Made by a program: the position numbers and the translations under genes
Notes under the pieces: model-generated
What the model saw: only the letters and a program-made list of their open reading frames with translations
Databases searched by the model: none
What the model was told of the DNA's origin: nothing
DNA from: an uncultured cyanobacterium
GTDB taxonomy: Bacteria; Cyanobacteriota; Cyanobacteriia; Cyanobacteriales; Nostocaceae
Direction of reading: 5' to 3'
Length of the DNA: 64,000 bases
NCBI GenBank assembly: GCA_963740315.1
Contig: CAVUDP010000004.1
Location: forward strand, 512,001 to 576,000
Shown: piece by piece, positions 10,971-22,288 of the stretch
How the letters are laid out: every line of letters starts with the position of its first letter
How positions within the stretch are numbered: position 1 is the stretch's first letter

Positions 10971-11879
10971 CTAAGGAATCGCTACCACCCGTAACAAACG
11001 TTCCATTACACTTTGCGCTCTCCTTCCTCCCACGGCAATCAAACGATGACTCAAAACATGAGGAGCGATATATTTCACGTCATCGGGAATTGCATATTCG
11101 CGCCCCGAAAGATACGCAAAAGCTTGGGTGGCGCGGTGTAATGCGACAGTTCCCCTTGGACTAGCACCGAGAGTAATTTCTTCGTCACACCTTGTGGCTC
11201 GTACCAAGTCGAGCATATATTGCTGCAATGAAGCTTCTACTTTGATACCAGCACAAATTCGCTGTAATTGTTCAACTTCGGCTAAGGTTATACAAGGTTT
11301 TAAGTCGGTAAATTTACTGCCATTCTGAAGTCTAGATAGCATTTGTAACTCTTCTTGCTCCGTAGGATAACCCAAGCTCAAGGACAGCATAAATCGATCC
11401 ATTTGCGCTTCCGGCAAGGGAAAAGTACCTTGATATTCGACGGGGTTTTGGGTAGCGATGACGAAAAACGGTGTGGGAACGGCACGAGAGATACTATCAA
11501 CTGTTACCTGCCCTTCTTCCATAACTTCTAGCAAGGCAGATTGAGCCCGGGGTGTAGCGCGGTTGATTTCGTCTGCTAGCATTACGTTGGCGAAAATCGG
11601 ACCTTCGAGAAAAGTGAATTCACCAGTTTTAGGATTCCAAATGTTAGTGCCCGTAATATCAGTCGGTAGCAAATCTGGCGTGCATTGTAACCGTTGAAAC
11701 TTACCATCAACGGAACGAGCTAAGGATTTTGCCAGCAGGGTTTTACCTACTCCAGGTACATCTTCAAGCAAAGCGTGTCCGCCACCTAACAAGGCAACTA
11801 ATACCAAGCGAATAGCTTCGGATTTACCAACAATAGTACGAGCTAAATTTTGTGTCAGAGCGTCAATTTTATCTCTCAT
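10971..11879 (-). CDS. MoxR family AAA+ ATPase
   Basis: LLEDVPGVGKT, QCTPDLLPTD, LADEINRATP, ATQNPVE..GTFPLPEAQMDRF, GASPRG. Confidence 0.95.
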   Translation of the reverse strand: MRDKIDALTQNLARTIVGKSEAIRLVLVALLGGGHALLEDVPGVGKTLLAKSLARSVDGKFQRLQCTPDLLPTDITGTNIWNPKTGEFTFLEGPIFANVMLADEINRATPRAQSALLEVMEEGQVTVDSISRAVPTPFFVIATQNPVEYQGTFPLPEAQMDRFMLSLSLGYPTEQEELQMLSRLQNGSKFTDLKPCITLAEVEQLQRICAGIKVEASLQQYMLDLVRATRCDEEITLGASPRGTVALHRATQAFAYLSGREYAIPDDVKYIAPHVLSHRLIAVGGRRAQSVMERLLRVVAIP

Positions 11880-12031
11880 GCACCAGACAGGATTTTGGAT
11901 TTTGGATTTTAGATTTTGGATTGGGAGTTAGGAGTGATTAGTTAGAAGTTAGGAGTTAATAAAATTATCTATCCCTATCTCCCCATCTCCCTATGCCCAA
12001 CCTAATCTATTGTTCCCACAGTTGGAGTAAA

Positions 12032-13021
12032 CTAACGCGCTTGTCTGAAAAAGTTTCTAGCGGCATTGCAGTCGAGTTGAATTTGAGCTTTGAGGGCTTC
12101 TAATGATGGAAATTTTTGTTCTGCTCTGAGAAATTTTTCTAATTGGATTTCCAGTTTTCGATCGTATAAATCTCCAGTAAAATCTAAAAGATGTACTTCT
12201 ACTGTGAGATGAGTACCGTTTACGGTGGGGCGATCGCCGATGTTCATGACTCCCCAGCGGTTGTTTAAGGTGGTATCTGGGGTGTTGATATCGCTAACTC
12301 GGACGGCGTAAACTCCTTTTCGGGGTAAAAACTTATTTTGCGGTAATTGCAGGTTGGCGGTGGGAAAACCGATGGTTCTACCAAGCTGCTGTCCTTTGAC
12401 TACTGTACCGATAAGAGTGTAAGGTCTTCCCAACATTCGGTTGGCTCTTTCAATGTCGCCAGCTTCAAGTGTTTGGCGAATTAGTGAAGTGCTGATGCGA
12501 TCGTGTTGCACGAGTAAATTGTCTTCGTGAGTTTCCAAGGGAACGATTGTTACGGGAATACCATATTTGGCAACAAGTACCTGTAAATCCATTGCATTAC
12601 CGCTACGTTGGGAACCAAAGCAAAAGTCTTGTCCAACGCTGATTCTAGAGGCTCGCAATTTCTCTACGATTATTTGTTCTACGAACTGTTCGGGAGTCAA
12701 AGCCGATAATTCTTCGTTGAAGGGGATTATTACAAGTTGTTCTACCCCAAGCAGTTCTAAATGTTGGACTTTTTCATCCAAAGGAGTCAACAATCTTCTG
12801 GGTTTTCCCGTAAAAAATTCTTGAGGATGCGGAAGAAATGTAATAACTGTTGGGTAAATGCGTTCTGCGTCTGCTGATTTATGCAAAATTGGTTGGATTA
12901 CTCTTTGATGACCGCGATGAACGCCATCAAACTTACCAAGAGCAACAGCAGTAGGAGTTTTGATCGATTCGGTTGAAGATGTTACCCACACAGAACACCC
13001 ATTTTTAGACAAATTAGCCAC
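12032..13021 (-). CDS. ribF: Bifunctional riboflavin kinase/FAD synthetase
   Basis: ALGKFDGVHRGHQ, VGQDFCFG, RISTSLIR, GRTIGFPTANL, EVHLLDF, LRAEQKF. Confidence 0.96.
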   Translation of the reverse strand: MANLSKNGCSVWVTSSTESIKTPTAVALGKFDGVHRGHQRVIQPILHKSADAERIYPTVITFLPHPQEFFTGKPRRLLTPLDEKVQHLELLGVEQLVIIPFNEELSALTPEQFVEQIIVEKLRASRISVGQDFCFGSQRSGNAMDLQVLVAKYGIPVTIVPLETHEDNLLVQHDRISTSLIRQTLEAGDIERANRMLGRPYTLIGTVVKGQQLGRTIGFPTANLQLPQNKFLPRKGVYAVRVSDINTPDTTLNNRWGVMNIGDRPTVNGTHLTVEVHLLDFTGDLYDRKLEIQLEKFLRAEQKFPSLEALKAQIQLDCNAARNFFRQAR

Positions 13022-13254
13022 GTCAATTTTGGGACAAGAGGTTGATCGAGGATATGTAGAGACGTAGCAGTGCTACGTCTTCACCCAAATTAGGAGTTAA
13101 GAGTATTGAGTTATGAGTTATGAGTGAAAAATTCAGCCATCACCGATTACCCATCACCATTATCTATTCCCAATTCGCCATAGTGTAACTAAGGCTCTCG
13201 AATACCAATTTAATCCAAATTCTATAATCAATCTGAGATAAAGCGATATTTTAA

Positions 13255-14141
13255 CTACCTACTAATAGGAAAAGTTTTTGATAAAGGTACATTCATCGGA
13301 ACGTTTAGTACCATTCCTTCCTTTGCCATGACTGCACCGGGAAATTTTGCGAGGGCTTCTTGTCCAATGCCATCTAAAAATTCATCGTCATGAGATGGAT
13401 CGTGATGGAAAATGACTAAAGTTTTAACGTTCGCGGCTTTAGCTATTTTAACGGCTTCTTGCCATGTGGAATGTCCCCAGCCAATTTTGGGCGATCTAGG
13501 CGAATAATATTCCTCATCGGTATAAGTTGAATCATAAATTAAAATATCGGCGTTATTGGCAAGCTTTAAAACATTTTCGTCCAACTTATCAGAAAAATGT
13601 TCGGTGTCCGTAACGTAGACAGCAGAACCACCTTGCCAATTAACTCGGTATCCTACCGATTCACCCGGATGGTTTAGCGGTGCGGTTTCTATGGCAATAT
13701 CTTCTATATGAATTGTTTTTCCAGGTTTTACCTCGCTAAAATCCAAGTTGGATTGCATAATCTGCAAAGGTACTGGAAAATTCGGGTGCAGCATCTGGTC
13801 GTTTAGACGTTGTTCTACGGTAGAACCATCAGGCGCTACTGCACCATAAATGTGAAATTTATTACCCGCAACGAATCCAGGAACAAAAAACGGGAATCCC
13901 TGGACGTGATCCCAATGAGAATGGGTGAAGAAAATATAAGCTTCTAAGGGCATTTTAGGCAATAAAGATTGTCCTAAAACGTGAATTCCCGTGCCTCCAT
14001 CGAAGATAAAGCGTTTGTCGCCCACTTGCATCTCGACACAAGGGGTATTACCTCCATAACGAACGGTTTGGGAACCGGACAGGGAATACTGCCACGAACA
14101 CCCCAAAATTTTACGGTAAATTGATTCTCTGTCCTAGACAT
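13255..14141 (-). CDS. MBL-fold metallo-hydrolase with a 1-nt frameshift near its 5' end
   Basis: FTHSHWDHVQG motif. The family N-terminus MSRTENQFTVKFWGVRGSIPCP starts at the ATG at 14141 in another frame and joins GSQTVRYGGNT only if one base is added at about 14075-14076. Confidence 0.85.
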
Positions 14142-14433
14142 GAGTGTTGCTTGTCAAGATTGAGCGGGCGAACAATACAAAAAACTTTACTACCTATAGC
14201 TCAATTAATACTATCTAACAATTTCTTGTAGAAAGGGAAATTAAGCGGTTGCAACATAACATATTTTTCAAGAGTTTTTCGCGCTTTAATGCGAGCCACT
14301 TTTAAACTTATGCTGCGATTAATTCAACTATACGTCTGTATGTTTTCTTTATAGACGTTTTTACTTTATAACCTATATTTTCCAGTAATGCATTTAACCT
14401 CCGAAAAAGCTTAACTTATTGCCTATATATCTT

Positions 14434-15231
14434 TTACTGAAACTGGAATTCCCACTCAGACAAGTGTTTGAGTCCTTCTGGATAAGTGAGATTGTAATGT
14501 AAAGGAGTAATACTGATGTAGTTATCGCGGATAACACGTACATCAATAGGTATATTTTCGGGTAAATTAAAACTGACTGGCGGCTCTACATCTTCAAGAA
14601 CTTCTCCGGTTAACCAATAGTAAGTTTTACCTCTTGGATCTATTCGTTTATCAAACACGTCAACGTAGCGGCGCACTCCTTGACGGGTGAATTTAACACC
14701 TTTGATTTGTGATGATTTGACTGCGGGGATGTTAACGTTAAGTAAAATTGAATCCGGTAAAGATTTTAATCGTAGTTGTTCTACAAGTATTTTGGCAAAG
14801 TTCGCCGCAGTTGCAAAATCCTGGGAAGAGTAGCTAGTAAGGCTAAATGCAACGCTAGGGATTCCTTCAATCAAGCCTTCCATCGCCGCCGAAACAGTAC
14901 CAGAATAAAGAATTTCGGTTCCCAAGTTAGCACCTTGATTAATCCCAGAAAGAACTAATTCGGGGGGTGAATCTAACAAAGCCCACAGCGCCAATTTTAC
15001 GCAGTCAGAAGGAGTCCCATCACAAGCCCAAGCCTTGATATTAGGATGAAACACCGATTCGATAATTTCAGCACGAATAGGTTGATGCAAAGTCAATCCA
15101 TGTCCCGTTGCGGAACGTTCCCTATCCGGGCAAACTACACTCACATCATGACCAGCTTCTGCCATAGTATTAGCTAAGGTACGTATCCCTTTAGCGTAAA
15201 CACCGTCATCATTAGAAATTAATAATCTCAT
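14434..15231 (-). CDS. surE: 5'/3'-nucleotidase SurE
   Basis: [40 protein letters not shown]. Confidence 0.97.
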   Translation of the reverse strand: MRLLISNDDGVYAKGIRTLANTMAEAGHDVSVVCPDRERSATGHGLTLHQPIRAEIIESVFHPNIKAWACDGTPSDCVKLALWALLDSPPELVLSGINQGANLGTEILYSGTVSAAMEGLIEGIPSVAFSLTSYSSQDFATAANFAKILVEQLRLKSLPDSILLNVNIPAVKSSQIKGVKFTRQGVRRYVDVFDKRIDPRGKTYYWLTGEVLEDVEPPVSFNLPENIPIDVRVIRDNYISITPLHYNLTYPEGLKHLSEWEFQFQ

Positions 15232-15232
15232 T

Positions 15233-15555
15233 ATTAGTTAGTTGTTAGTTGATAGTTGATAGTTGATAGTTGTTAGTTGCTATTCACATATTGCACTAAT
15301 TGCGATAACTGGAGGGAGAGGGGGTGATGGGGTGATGGGGTGATGGGGTGATGGGGTGATGGGGTGATGGGGAGACAAGGAGACAAGGGGACAAGGGGAA
15401 AGAATAAATAATTATAAGCAATTACCAATCACCAATTCCCAATTCCCTTCGGTCCAATTCCCCTTTAAATGGCATTATAAAAGCGTGTGAGATATTGCCC
15501 GATCCATCCGTGGGGTCGATCTAAAATCCAAAATCCAAAATCTAAAATCCAAAAT
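15233..15555. repeat. Mixed short tandem repeats (TAGTTGW)n, (GGGGTGAT)n, (AAAATCY)n in the surE-pheS divergent intergenic region
   Basis: Directly visible. Confidence 0.85.
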
Positions 15556-15565
15556 TGTTTGACTG

Positions 15566-16561
15566 ATGACTAACGATTTACAATCTCAATTAGAAGAATT
15601 ACGTATTGAAGCCCAGAAAGCAATAAGTAGCGCTGATTCTTTGGAAAGCTTGGAGAAACTTAGGGTTGATTATCTGGGTAAAAAAGGTCAGTTAGGTGTT
15701 CTGCTGCGCGGTATGGGGAAATTAAGCGCTGAAGAAAGACCACAAGTTGGCGCGATCGCTAATGTTGTTAAGGAAGCTTTACAAAATAATTTAGATAAGC
15801 AGCGTGTGGCTTTGGAAACTGCGAAAATCCAAGCGCAGATTGAAGCGGAAACGATTGATGTGACGATGCCCGGTGTTTTTCGTCCCCAAGGTCGCATTCA
15901 TCCGCTGAATGGTGTTATTGACCGAACTCTGGATATTTTTGTGGGTATGGGTTATACGGTTGCTGCGGGACCGGAAATGGAAAGCGATTATTATAATTTT
16001 GAAGCGCTCAATACTCCCCCAGATCATCCCGCTCGCGATATGCAAGATACGTTTTATCTTCCCGACGGCAATCTGCTGCGAACTCAAACTTCTTCGGTAC
16101 AAATTCGATTCATGGAAGAAAGCGAACCCCCGATTCGTATTATTGCACCGGGACGAGTTTACCGAAGAGATAATGTAGACGCAACTCACGCAGCGGTTTT
16201 CCATCAAATCGAACTTTTGGCAGTTGACGAAGGATTAACTTTTACCGATCTTAAAGGCACCATCAAAGAGTTTTTAGAAGCGATGTTTGGTGAAATCGAA
16301 GATATTCGTTTCCGCGCCAGTTACTTCCCATTCACCGAACCTTCAGCAGAAGTTGATTTAAGGTGGAACGGACGCTGGTTAGAAGTAATGGGTTGCGGAA
16401 TGGTAGATCCAAATGTATTAAAAGCTGTAGGTTACGATCCAGAAGTATACACCGGATTCGCCGCAGGTTTTGGTGTAGAGCGCTTTGCAATGGTGTTACA
16501 CCAACTTGATGATATCCGCCGCGTGTATTCTAGCGATTTGCGGTTTTTACAGCAATTTTAA
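15566..16561 (+). CDS. pheS: Phenylalanine--tRNA ligase alpha subunit
   Basis: [39 protein letters not shown]. Confidence 0.98.
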   Translation: MTNDLQSQLEELRIEAQKAISSADSLESLEKLRVDYLGKKGQLGVLLRGMGKLSAEERPQVGAIANVVKEALQNNLDKQRVALETAKIQAQIEAETIDVTMPGVFRPQGRIHPLNGVIDRTLDIFVGMGYTVAAGPEMESDYYNFEALNTPPDHPARDMQDTFYLPDGNLLRTQTSSVQIRFMEESEPPIRIIAPGRVYRRDNVDATHAAVFHQIELLAVDEGLTFTDLKGTIKEFLEAMFGEIEDIRFRASYFPFTEPSAEVDLRWNGRWLEVMGCGMVDPNVLKAVGYDPEVYTGFAAGFGVERFAMVLHQLDDIRRVYSSDLRFLQQF

Positions 16562-16626
16562 ATTGATGTTAGTTGTTAGTTGTTAGTTGATAGTTGATAG
16601 TTGTTCCACTAACTACTAACCACTAA

Positions 16627-18069
16627 CTACTTTTTACAATTATCACAATGTCCGCAATGTAGGTTTGCTGCTTCTTTTTCAAATCCGAAAGCGGTTAATA
16701 AAAATTGCCAGCGACATTTTTTGGTTGTCAAATACTGCTGCATTTGATTTTGAGGGTGCGATCGCCGTTCTGTTTTTTTCGATTCTTTATTAATGCTGTA
16801 GTTAAACGGATCGATCCACTTTAATTTACCCATGCTGTGCAGTAATGATAAAGCTAAAGCCGCATCGGGAAATTTTTGCGCTACTGCTTCTACTTCCCCG
16901 GTGGGTGGTAATTTCTTAATTAATTGTTTGGCTGTCAGCTGTTGTTCTCTAAGCTTGTCTTCAAAAAATTTCTGTCTTTGCTTGTCTTCTGGATTCAATA
17001 ATCCGCTGGGTTCGCTAATTAATGTCAGCGCTTCTGCTGGTTTTCCGTCTCTTCCTGCGCGTCCAATTTCCTGTACGTATTCCGATAGTAACAACGGCGC
17101 TTGAAAGTGAATCACCCATCGCACATCGGGTTTGTTAATTCCCATACCGAAAGCTGAAGTACATACCACATAAGGTATTTTTCCACTCAACCAACTAGCT
17201 TCAATCGAGCGTCTTTCTTCCGCACCCAATCCACCATGATAGCCTTCTGTGCGATCGCCTTTCTCTCTCAACGATGCGGCTAAATTTTCACTATCTTTCC
17301 GGGTGCGAACGTAAATTAATCCACTTGTTTGTTGATTTTTGTGAATAAACTTTAACAATTGTTGCCGTCTTCCTTGTGGTGTCCAAATAATCCGGACGTT
17401 CGGGTTAAGATTGCTTCTATAAGGATTCAGTCTAAATACAGCAGGTTGCTGTAATCGCAAAGTTTCTGATATTACAGTTTGGGCTAAAGGGTCGGCAGTG
17501 GCGGTAAAAGCGGCTAGTGCTATTTTTGTTCCTCTTCTTTTTGACTTGAGTAGCGCTGGTCTTACTGCCCCTAATCTTCGATAAGCTGGTCTAAAGGTAT
17601 CGCCCCACTGCACTAAACAATGGGCTTCGTCTAATATTAAGCCGTTAATTTCAAGTTCTGGGTGAGATAATTTTTCCCAAACTGGAGGGCTAAGTAAAGT
17701 TTCTGGAGATAGGTAAAGCAATCTTAGCTGTTGTCTTTCCAAAGCCTGTAGAGTTTGGCGACGTTGGGAAGAAGATAGTTGACTGTGTAAAAGTGCAGCT
17801 TTGAGTTTGCGTTCTTTTAATTCCTGTACTTGGTTTTCCATCAGTGCTACTAAGGGAGAAACCACTAAAGTTAATCCAGTTTGTAACAGAGCGGGAAGTT
17901 GGAAGCAAATTGATTTACCCCCGCCAGTAGGCATAATAATTAATGTGTCTCTTTTTGCTAATAGACTTTGGACTATTTCGCCTTGGGGTGGACGGAAATC
18001 TTCATAGCCCCAAATTTGTTGGAATGTATTGCGAACCTGCTGCCAAGATGGAATTTGGGCTTGATTCAT
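16627..18069 (-). CDS. recQ: RecQ family ATP-dependent DNA helicase (short form, C-terminal Zn-binding motif, no HRDC)
   Basis: MPTGGGKSICFQLP, LDEAHC, FTATA, AFGMGINKPDVR, QEIGRAGRDG, CR...CGHCDNC. Start placed at the ATG at 18069. Confidence 0.9.
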   Translation of the reverse strand: MNQAQIPSWQQVRNTFQQIWGYEDFRPPQGEIVQSLLAKRDTLIIMPTGGGKSICFQLPALLQTGLTLVVSPLVALMENQVQELKERKLKAALLHSQLSSSQRRQTLQALERQQLRLLYLSPETLLSPPVWEKLSHPELEINGLILDEAHCLVQWGDTFRPAYRRLGAVRPALLKSKRRGTKIALAAFTATADPLAQTVISETLRLQQPAVFRLNPYRSNLNPNVRIIWTPQGRRQQLLKFIHKNQQTSGLIYVRTRKDSENLAASLREKGDRTEGYHGGLGAEERRSIEASWLSGKIPYVVCTSAFGMGINKPDVRWVIHFQAPLLLSEYVQEIGRAGRDGKPAEALTLISEPSGLLNPEDKQRQKFFEDKLREQQLTAKQLIKKLPPTGEVEAVAQKFPDAALALSLLHSMGKLKWIDPFNYSINKESKKTERRSHPQNQMQQYLTTKKCRWQFLLTAFGFEKEAANLHCGHCDNCKK

Positions 18070-18299
18070 AGTAAGTAGATAGATACACCCTTTTCCTTGC
18101 ACACTTTTTATGCCGAGCTTTGAATATAGCTTTTATTAGTCACAGAGTGCTTCAGTATTTTCAACTATGATATTTTTAAGTTTTCGGATGGATTTTGGTG
18201 AGCCGGAAAATGGTTGATTAAAATAAATACCATCTTTTAAACGCAAAGGTACGCGGAGGTTAACGCGAAGTTACGCAAAGAGAGGAAGGGGTAAAGATA

Positions 18300-18398
18300 T
18301 TGATTTCTAAAGCTTTTATTCAAGAAAAAGGTAATGGGAAACTCAGAGATGAGGAGCAGCTTGTTAATGAAGAATTGAAGAGAAGAGGTATTTTAATT
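18300..18398 (+). pseudogene. Probable 5' remnant of an ATP-grasp (DUF4343-like) gene
   Basis: ISKAFIQEKGNGKLRDEEQLVNEELKRRGI resembles the N-terminus of that family as recalled from memory. The protein-like sequence stops where the convergent methyltransferase gene ends. Confidence 0.35.
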
Positions 18399-19229
18399 AG
18401 TTTTTATACTTTTATAAGACAAAATAAAATAACGAATTATTCCCCAACGGCTTACTCTTTCGGCAAAATTAATTATTTTATCTTCTTTCTTTTGCAATTT
18501 TCGTACCAGGGAATAGGTTGGTAAAGTATTGCGGGTAATATCTTCTTCTATTAAAGTTGTAAAATTTGTATTTTTCGATAATTTGCGATAATTACTAAGG
18601 CTAAAATTAAGATCCACCTCTCCGAGGGTTTTTAATAAAGTATCTTTTGCTAACTCTGAACCTGCTTTTATGATGGGTTTAATTATTTGTCTGGGTACAA
18701 AGTCGCTCAGAGCAAGCATTCCCCCCGGTTTGAGAACTCGCGATGCTTCTTGAAAAAAGCGCTCTCGGCTGGGAAAATGAAATATACACTCCACAGCAAG
18801 TACTGCATCAAAAGAATTATCTTCAAAGGGTAATTCGCAAGCATTTCCTTCGATAAATTCAATATGATTTTGGGCACGAGGTTGAATTTGTTCTTTAGCT
18901 CTTGTTAATTGTCGCGAGTCAATATTTAATCCGGTTAGCTGCATATTATTGAAGCGATTATTTAAGCTGGCAATTGTTCCACCGAAGCCACAACCGCAGT
19001 CTAAAACGCGCATATTATCTGTGATTTTAGCGAAATTGTATACTTTTTGAGATAATTTCTCTGCTGCTTGAGTAAAGTTTTCTATGGAACCATCTGCTGT
19101 ATTTGGATTTTCCCAGTAACCCCAGTGGACGTGATTTCCAAAGCTTTGAATTATTTCTGTTTTACCTTGTTGAAAGTCTTTAAGTAGTGCGTCGAAGTAC
19201 GGTAGGTTGACTGTTTTTTCTTCAGACAT
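18393..19229 (-). CDS. Class I SAM-dependent methyltransferase (Methyltransf_11; tocopherol/sterol C-methyltransferase-like)
   Basis: HVHWGYW, VLDCGCGFGG, LPFEDNSFDAV, RVLKPGG. Confidence 0.9.
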   Translation of the reverse strand: MSEEKTVNLPYFDALLKDFQQGKTEIIQSFGNHVHWGYWENPNTADGSIENFTQAAEKLSQKVYNFAKITDNMRVLDCGCGFGGTIASLNNRFNNMQLTGLNIDSRQLTRAKEQIQPRAQNHIEFIEGNACELPFEDNSFDAVLAVECIFHFPSRERFFQEASRVLKPGGMLALSDFVPRQIIKPIIKAGSELAKDTLLKTLGEVDLNFSLSNYRKLSKNTNFTTLIEEDITRNTLPTYSLVRKLQKKEDKIINFAERVSRWGIIRYFILSYKSIKTN

Positions 19230-19361
19230 TTAGATCCCCCCAACCCCCCTTAACAAGGGGGGCTTTTTGTGATTACATTTTATATTAATGCATTTGCAAC
19301 TTTGGAAAGTAAACCAGTTTAATGTTTAATATCGTAAAATCTAATAGAGAGAAAGGGTATA

Positions 19362-20222
19362 TCAATCACCACCTCCGCCACCACCACCTCCATCTCCTCC
19401 TCCGTCGCTACCTCCAGCACTACTGCCATCACCGGAGTTTGTACCATTTCCTTTAGTAGAATGCGGGGAAAGAAAATAGAATAAGAAGGGGGATAGAAAT
19501 ACTAAAATTATTGATAAAGAAAATAGAATTACTGAAAATATCGTAAATGCGCTAACTTCAATATTTGCTCCTAAATATTCATTGTCTAAAATAACCTTAA
19601 CTTCGATTTCTCTATAAGGCGGTATACTTCCAGTCGATAAAAATTCTACAATATGTTCATCTATTTGTTTTGCTGTAGTTGGTATATCATAACTCCTAAA
19701 AGATTGAATTTTGCGTGAAAAAGATTTTGGGAATGTAACTCTTACTTTGGCTTTATTAATAGAGGCGTTACGTTTTGGAAATATTGCTTTCCAATAAACT
19801 CCGTATTTTTCACCTTCAGAATACAAACCACCGATAACTCGATATTTTAAGGTAAAAAGATGTTCTTCTGGTGGATTTATTTCGTGTTGCCATCTAATCC
19901 AGAAATTATTATTTTCAATTCCGGTGTCAAATGGAATTTTTTTATCTTCTTCAAATACAGATACATCAGATATCCCTTCGATTTTATCTAAAGGTATATA
20001 GCGATATCGCTGATTTTTACCGGGTTTGGTAAATACGTATTTTTGATTTTCTGTAATCAGCATATCCCCATTAGTTTGAACATCAATATCTACATTGATA
20101 AAATCCCAATAGAAATAATAAGGATATGTTGCTGCTGTGGCTGGAGCTATATTACTTAAACTAATTAAGATTGCTAATAAAATAGAATAAATAATTTGAT
20201 ATATTTTTTGTGTGGTTTTCAT
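19362..20222 (-). CDS. DUF2207-like exported membrane protein (signal peptide, beta domain, one TM helix, Gly-rich tail)
   Basis: INVDIDVQTNGDMLITE, RYRYIPL, FTLKYRV, YWKAIF; C-terminal GGGDGGGGGGGGD. Confidence 0.7.
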   Translation of the reverse strand: MKTTQKIYQIIYSILLAILISLSNIAPATAATYPYYFYWDFINVDIDVQTNGDMLITENQKYVFTKPGKNQRYRYIPLDKIEGISDVSVFEEDKKIPFDTGIENNNFWIRWQHEINPPEEHLFTLKYRVIGGLYSEGEKYGVYWKAIFPKRNASINKAKVRVTFPKSFSRKIQSFRSYDIPTTAKQIDEHIVEFLSTGSIPPYREIEVKVILDNEYLGANIEVSAFTIFSVILFSLSIILVFLSPFLFYFLSPHSTKGNGTNSGDGSSAGGSDGGGDGGGGGGGGD

Positions 20223-20271
20223 TGCACAAAATACTTACAATAAAAATAGTTGCTCTAAGCTTATTAAAAAA

Positions 20272-20841
20272 ATGGTCGCATCCCCACAGCAAAACTACAT
20301 AACTCCAGAAGAATACCTGCTACTGGAGCAAGAAAGCGATATCAAGCACGAATATATTGACGGTTATGCTTATGGAATGGCTGGTGCTAACGATGCTCAC
20401 GTGACTGTTTCCGGAAACTTGTTTGCTCTTCTCCGAAGTCATGTAAGGGGTTCGGGTTGTCGCGTTTTCATCTCGGATATGAAAGCTCGGATTGAACAAC
20501 TGAATCGATATTATTACCCAGATGTGATGGTAACGTGTGACGAAAGGGATAGGGAAAATACACAAGAAAAGAAATTCCCTTGTTTAATTGTGGAAGTTTT
20601 ATCCGATTCTACAGAAGCATTTGATAGGGGTGACAAATTTGAGAATTATCAACAATTAGAAACCCTTCAAGAATATGTTTTAATTAATGCCAAACGTCAG
20701 CGAGTTGATTGTTTTCGCCGTAATCATGAAGGGCTTTGGGTATTACAGTTTTATGCTTCTGGGGATAAATCTTTTCAACTGCAAAGTATTAATTTTGAAG
20801 TGGAGATGAGCGCACTTTATGAGGATGTGGTTTTTGGTTGA
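20272..20841 (+). CDS. Uma2 family endonuclease (DUF820)
   Basis: TPEEYL, KHEYIDG..MAG, YYPDVMVTC, LIVEVLSDSTEAFDRGDKF, LQEYVLI. Confidence 0.93.
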   Translation: MVASPQQNYITPEEYLLLEQESDIKHEYIDGYAYGMAGANDAHVTVSGNLFALLRSHVRGSGCRVFISDMKARIEQLNRYYYPDVMVTCDERDRENTQEKKFPCLIVEVLSDSTEAFDRGDKFENYQQLETLQEYVLINAKRQRVDCFRRNHEGLWVLQFYASGDKSFQLQSINFEVEMSALYEDVVFG

Positions 20842-21515
20842 TTACGGGCATAATTACGCACGTAACCGGGAACTTCAACACCTTCAATCAAACGCTCATC
20901 GGCGATCGCCTTACCTGGAATCATCTGCAACGGTAAAACACCCGCCCATACTGGTAAATTGTAATCTGCTTCATCATCTACAGGATTACCAGTACGCACC
21001 TTTGCAGACGCTTCTGTTAAAGGTAGAGAAAGTACCATCGTTCCCTGCAATTCATGTTTATTTGGCTGACGTATTTCTTGCCAACGTTGCGGTATAACGT
21101 GTTCGGTAAAGGCTCGCAGTGCTTCCATTTTCTCTTCAATATTATTAACTAATGTCGCCGTACCGAATATTACTACCGAACGATAATTCATTGAGTGGTG
21201 AAATGCGGAACGTGCTAATACTAATCCATCTAATAAAGTCACCGTTACGCATACTTCGATACCTTGAGTTAAATTACGCAACATTCTGCTCGCGGGTGAG
21301 CCGTGAATATAAAGTTTATCGTCTACTCTTCCGTAAGCTGTGGGAATTACAAAGGGTTGATTGTTTGCGGTAAATCCAACGTGACAAATTAATGCTTCAT
21401 CTAAAATGTTGTAAATAGTTTGAGTTTCATAATTACCGCGTTTTGGTACTCTTTTAATTTTGCTGCGTTGGGTGGGGGTAAGTTGTTGATTTGTTTCGTT
21501 GTTGGAAGTAGTCAT
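20817..21515 (-). CDS. Pyridoxamine 5'-phosphate oxidase family (NimA-like flavin-binding) protein
   Basis: ILDEALICHVGF, YIHGSPASRM, DGLVLARSAFHHSMNYRSV, WAGVLP. Confidence 0.9.
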   Translation of the reverse strand: MTTSNNETNQQLTPTQRSKIKRVPKRGNYETQTIYNILDEALICHVGFTANNQPFVIPTAYGRVDDKLYIHGSPASRMLRNLTQGIEVCVTVTLLDGLVLARSAFHHSMNYRSVVIFGTATLVNNIEEKMEALRAFTEHVIPQRWQEIRQPNKHELQGTMVLSLPLTEASAKVRTGNPVDDEADYNLPVWAGVLPLQMIPGKAIADERLIEGVEVPGYVRNYARNQPKTTSS

Positions 21516-21683
21516 GGTTTTTTGGTTTGTATATTCTTTCAAAGTAATTTGCGTAGTAGGAGCATCTTGGGGACATTGTAGCGAGGGAGCAAGATGCTCC
21601 CACTACTAATCACTTATTTTCACCGCAGAAATGACTATACTAAGCATGAAGAGGGCTGAAGCCCTTACTACGAACAAAAAGAT

Positions 21684-22163
21684 TTAAGTTAAATCTAATT
21701 GCATTGCGTTACTTGGTGAAAATCCTAAGTTTTCATAAACGGGTTTTCCTGCTGGCGATGCATTTAAAATAGCTTTAGTACAATTGATAGATTTCAAATG
21801 CTCAACTGTAGCGTTAGTTAATTGTTTGGCTATTCCTTTTCTACGATGAGAAGGTTCGACGTAAACGCCCCAAATGTATCCGTATTTGCGATATTCTTCT
21901 TCTAGGATTAGTGAATATAAACCTGTAAAAAGTTGACAACTTGCTGAGCCGACAACTAGATTATCAATTTCAGCAACAAAACCTTTGTAAAATAAGTTTT
22001 GACGAGCTTCTTTAATAAACTCTAAAGTCAGGTTACAGTGATTGGGTTTGATAAAGTTTTTAGAAACACCAATATCTAACCACATTCGATAAAAATGCTC
22101 TGCAATTATTGAATCTTCCTTTGAAGTTGTTTCTCTAATATCGATATTTATCTCTTTATACAT
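21684..22163 (-). CDS. GNAT family N-acetyltransferase
   Basis: YIWGVYVEPSHRRKGIA, LNASPAGKPVYENLGF. Confidence 0.92.
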   Translation of the reverse strand: MYKEINIDIRETTSKEDSIIAEHFYRMWLDIGVSKNFIKPNHCNLTLEFIKEARQNLFYKGFVAEIDNLVVGSASCQLFTGLYSLILEEEYRKYGYIWGVYVEPSHRRKGIAKQLTNATVEHLKSINCTKAILNASPAGKPVYENLGFSPSNAMQLDLT

Positions 22164-22288
22164 TTAACTCTCTTTCTTCTTCCTCTGCGTACTCAGCGTC
22201 TCTGCGGTTTTTTAATCCAATGATGGTGCGTTACGGCAAAGCTCAGATATTTGTTTTACTTTGATATTATTTCGTGCCGTGACGCACC

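Noticed and set aside
14082..14090. Exact GGGAATACT J-box
   Set aside because: Lies inside and antisense to the MBL gene and is explained by its Ser-Ile-Pro codons. It shows that the motif can arise by chance.
20272..20841. Uma2 nuclease as part of a defence system
   Set aside because: Solitary Uma2/DUF820 genes are highly multicopy in cyanobacteria, and no partner defence genes are adjacent.
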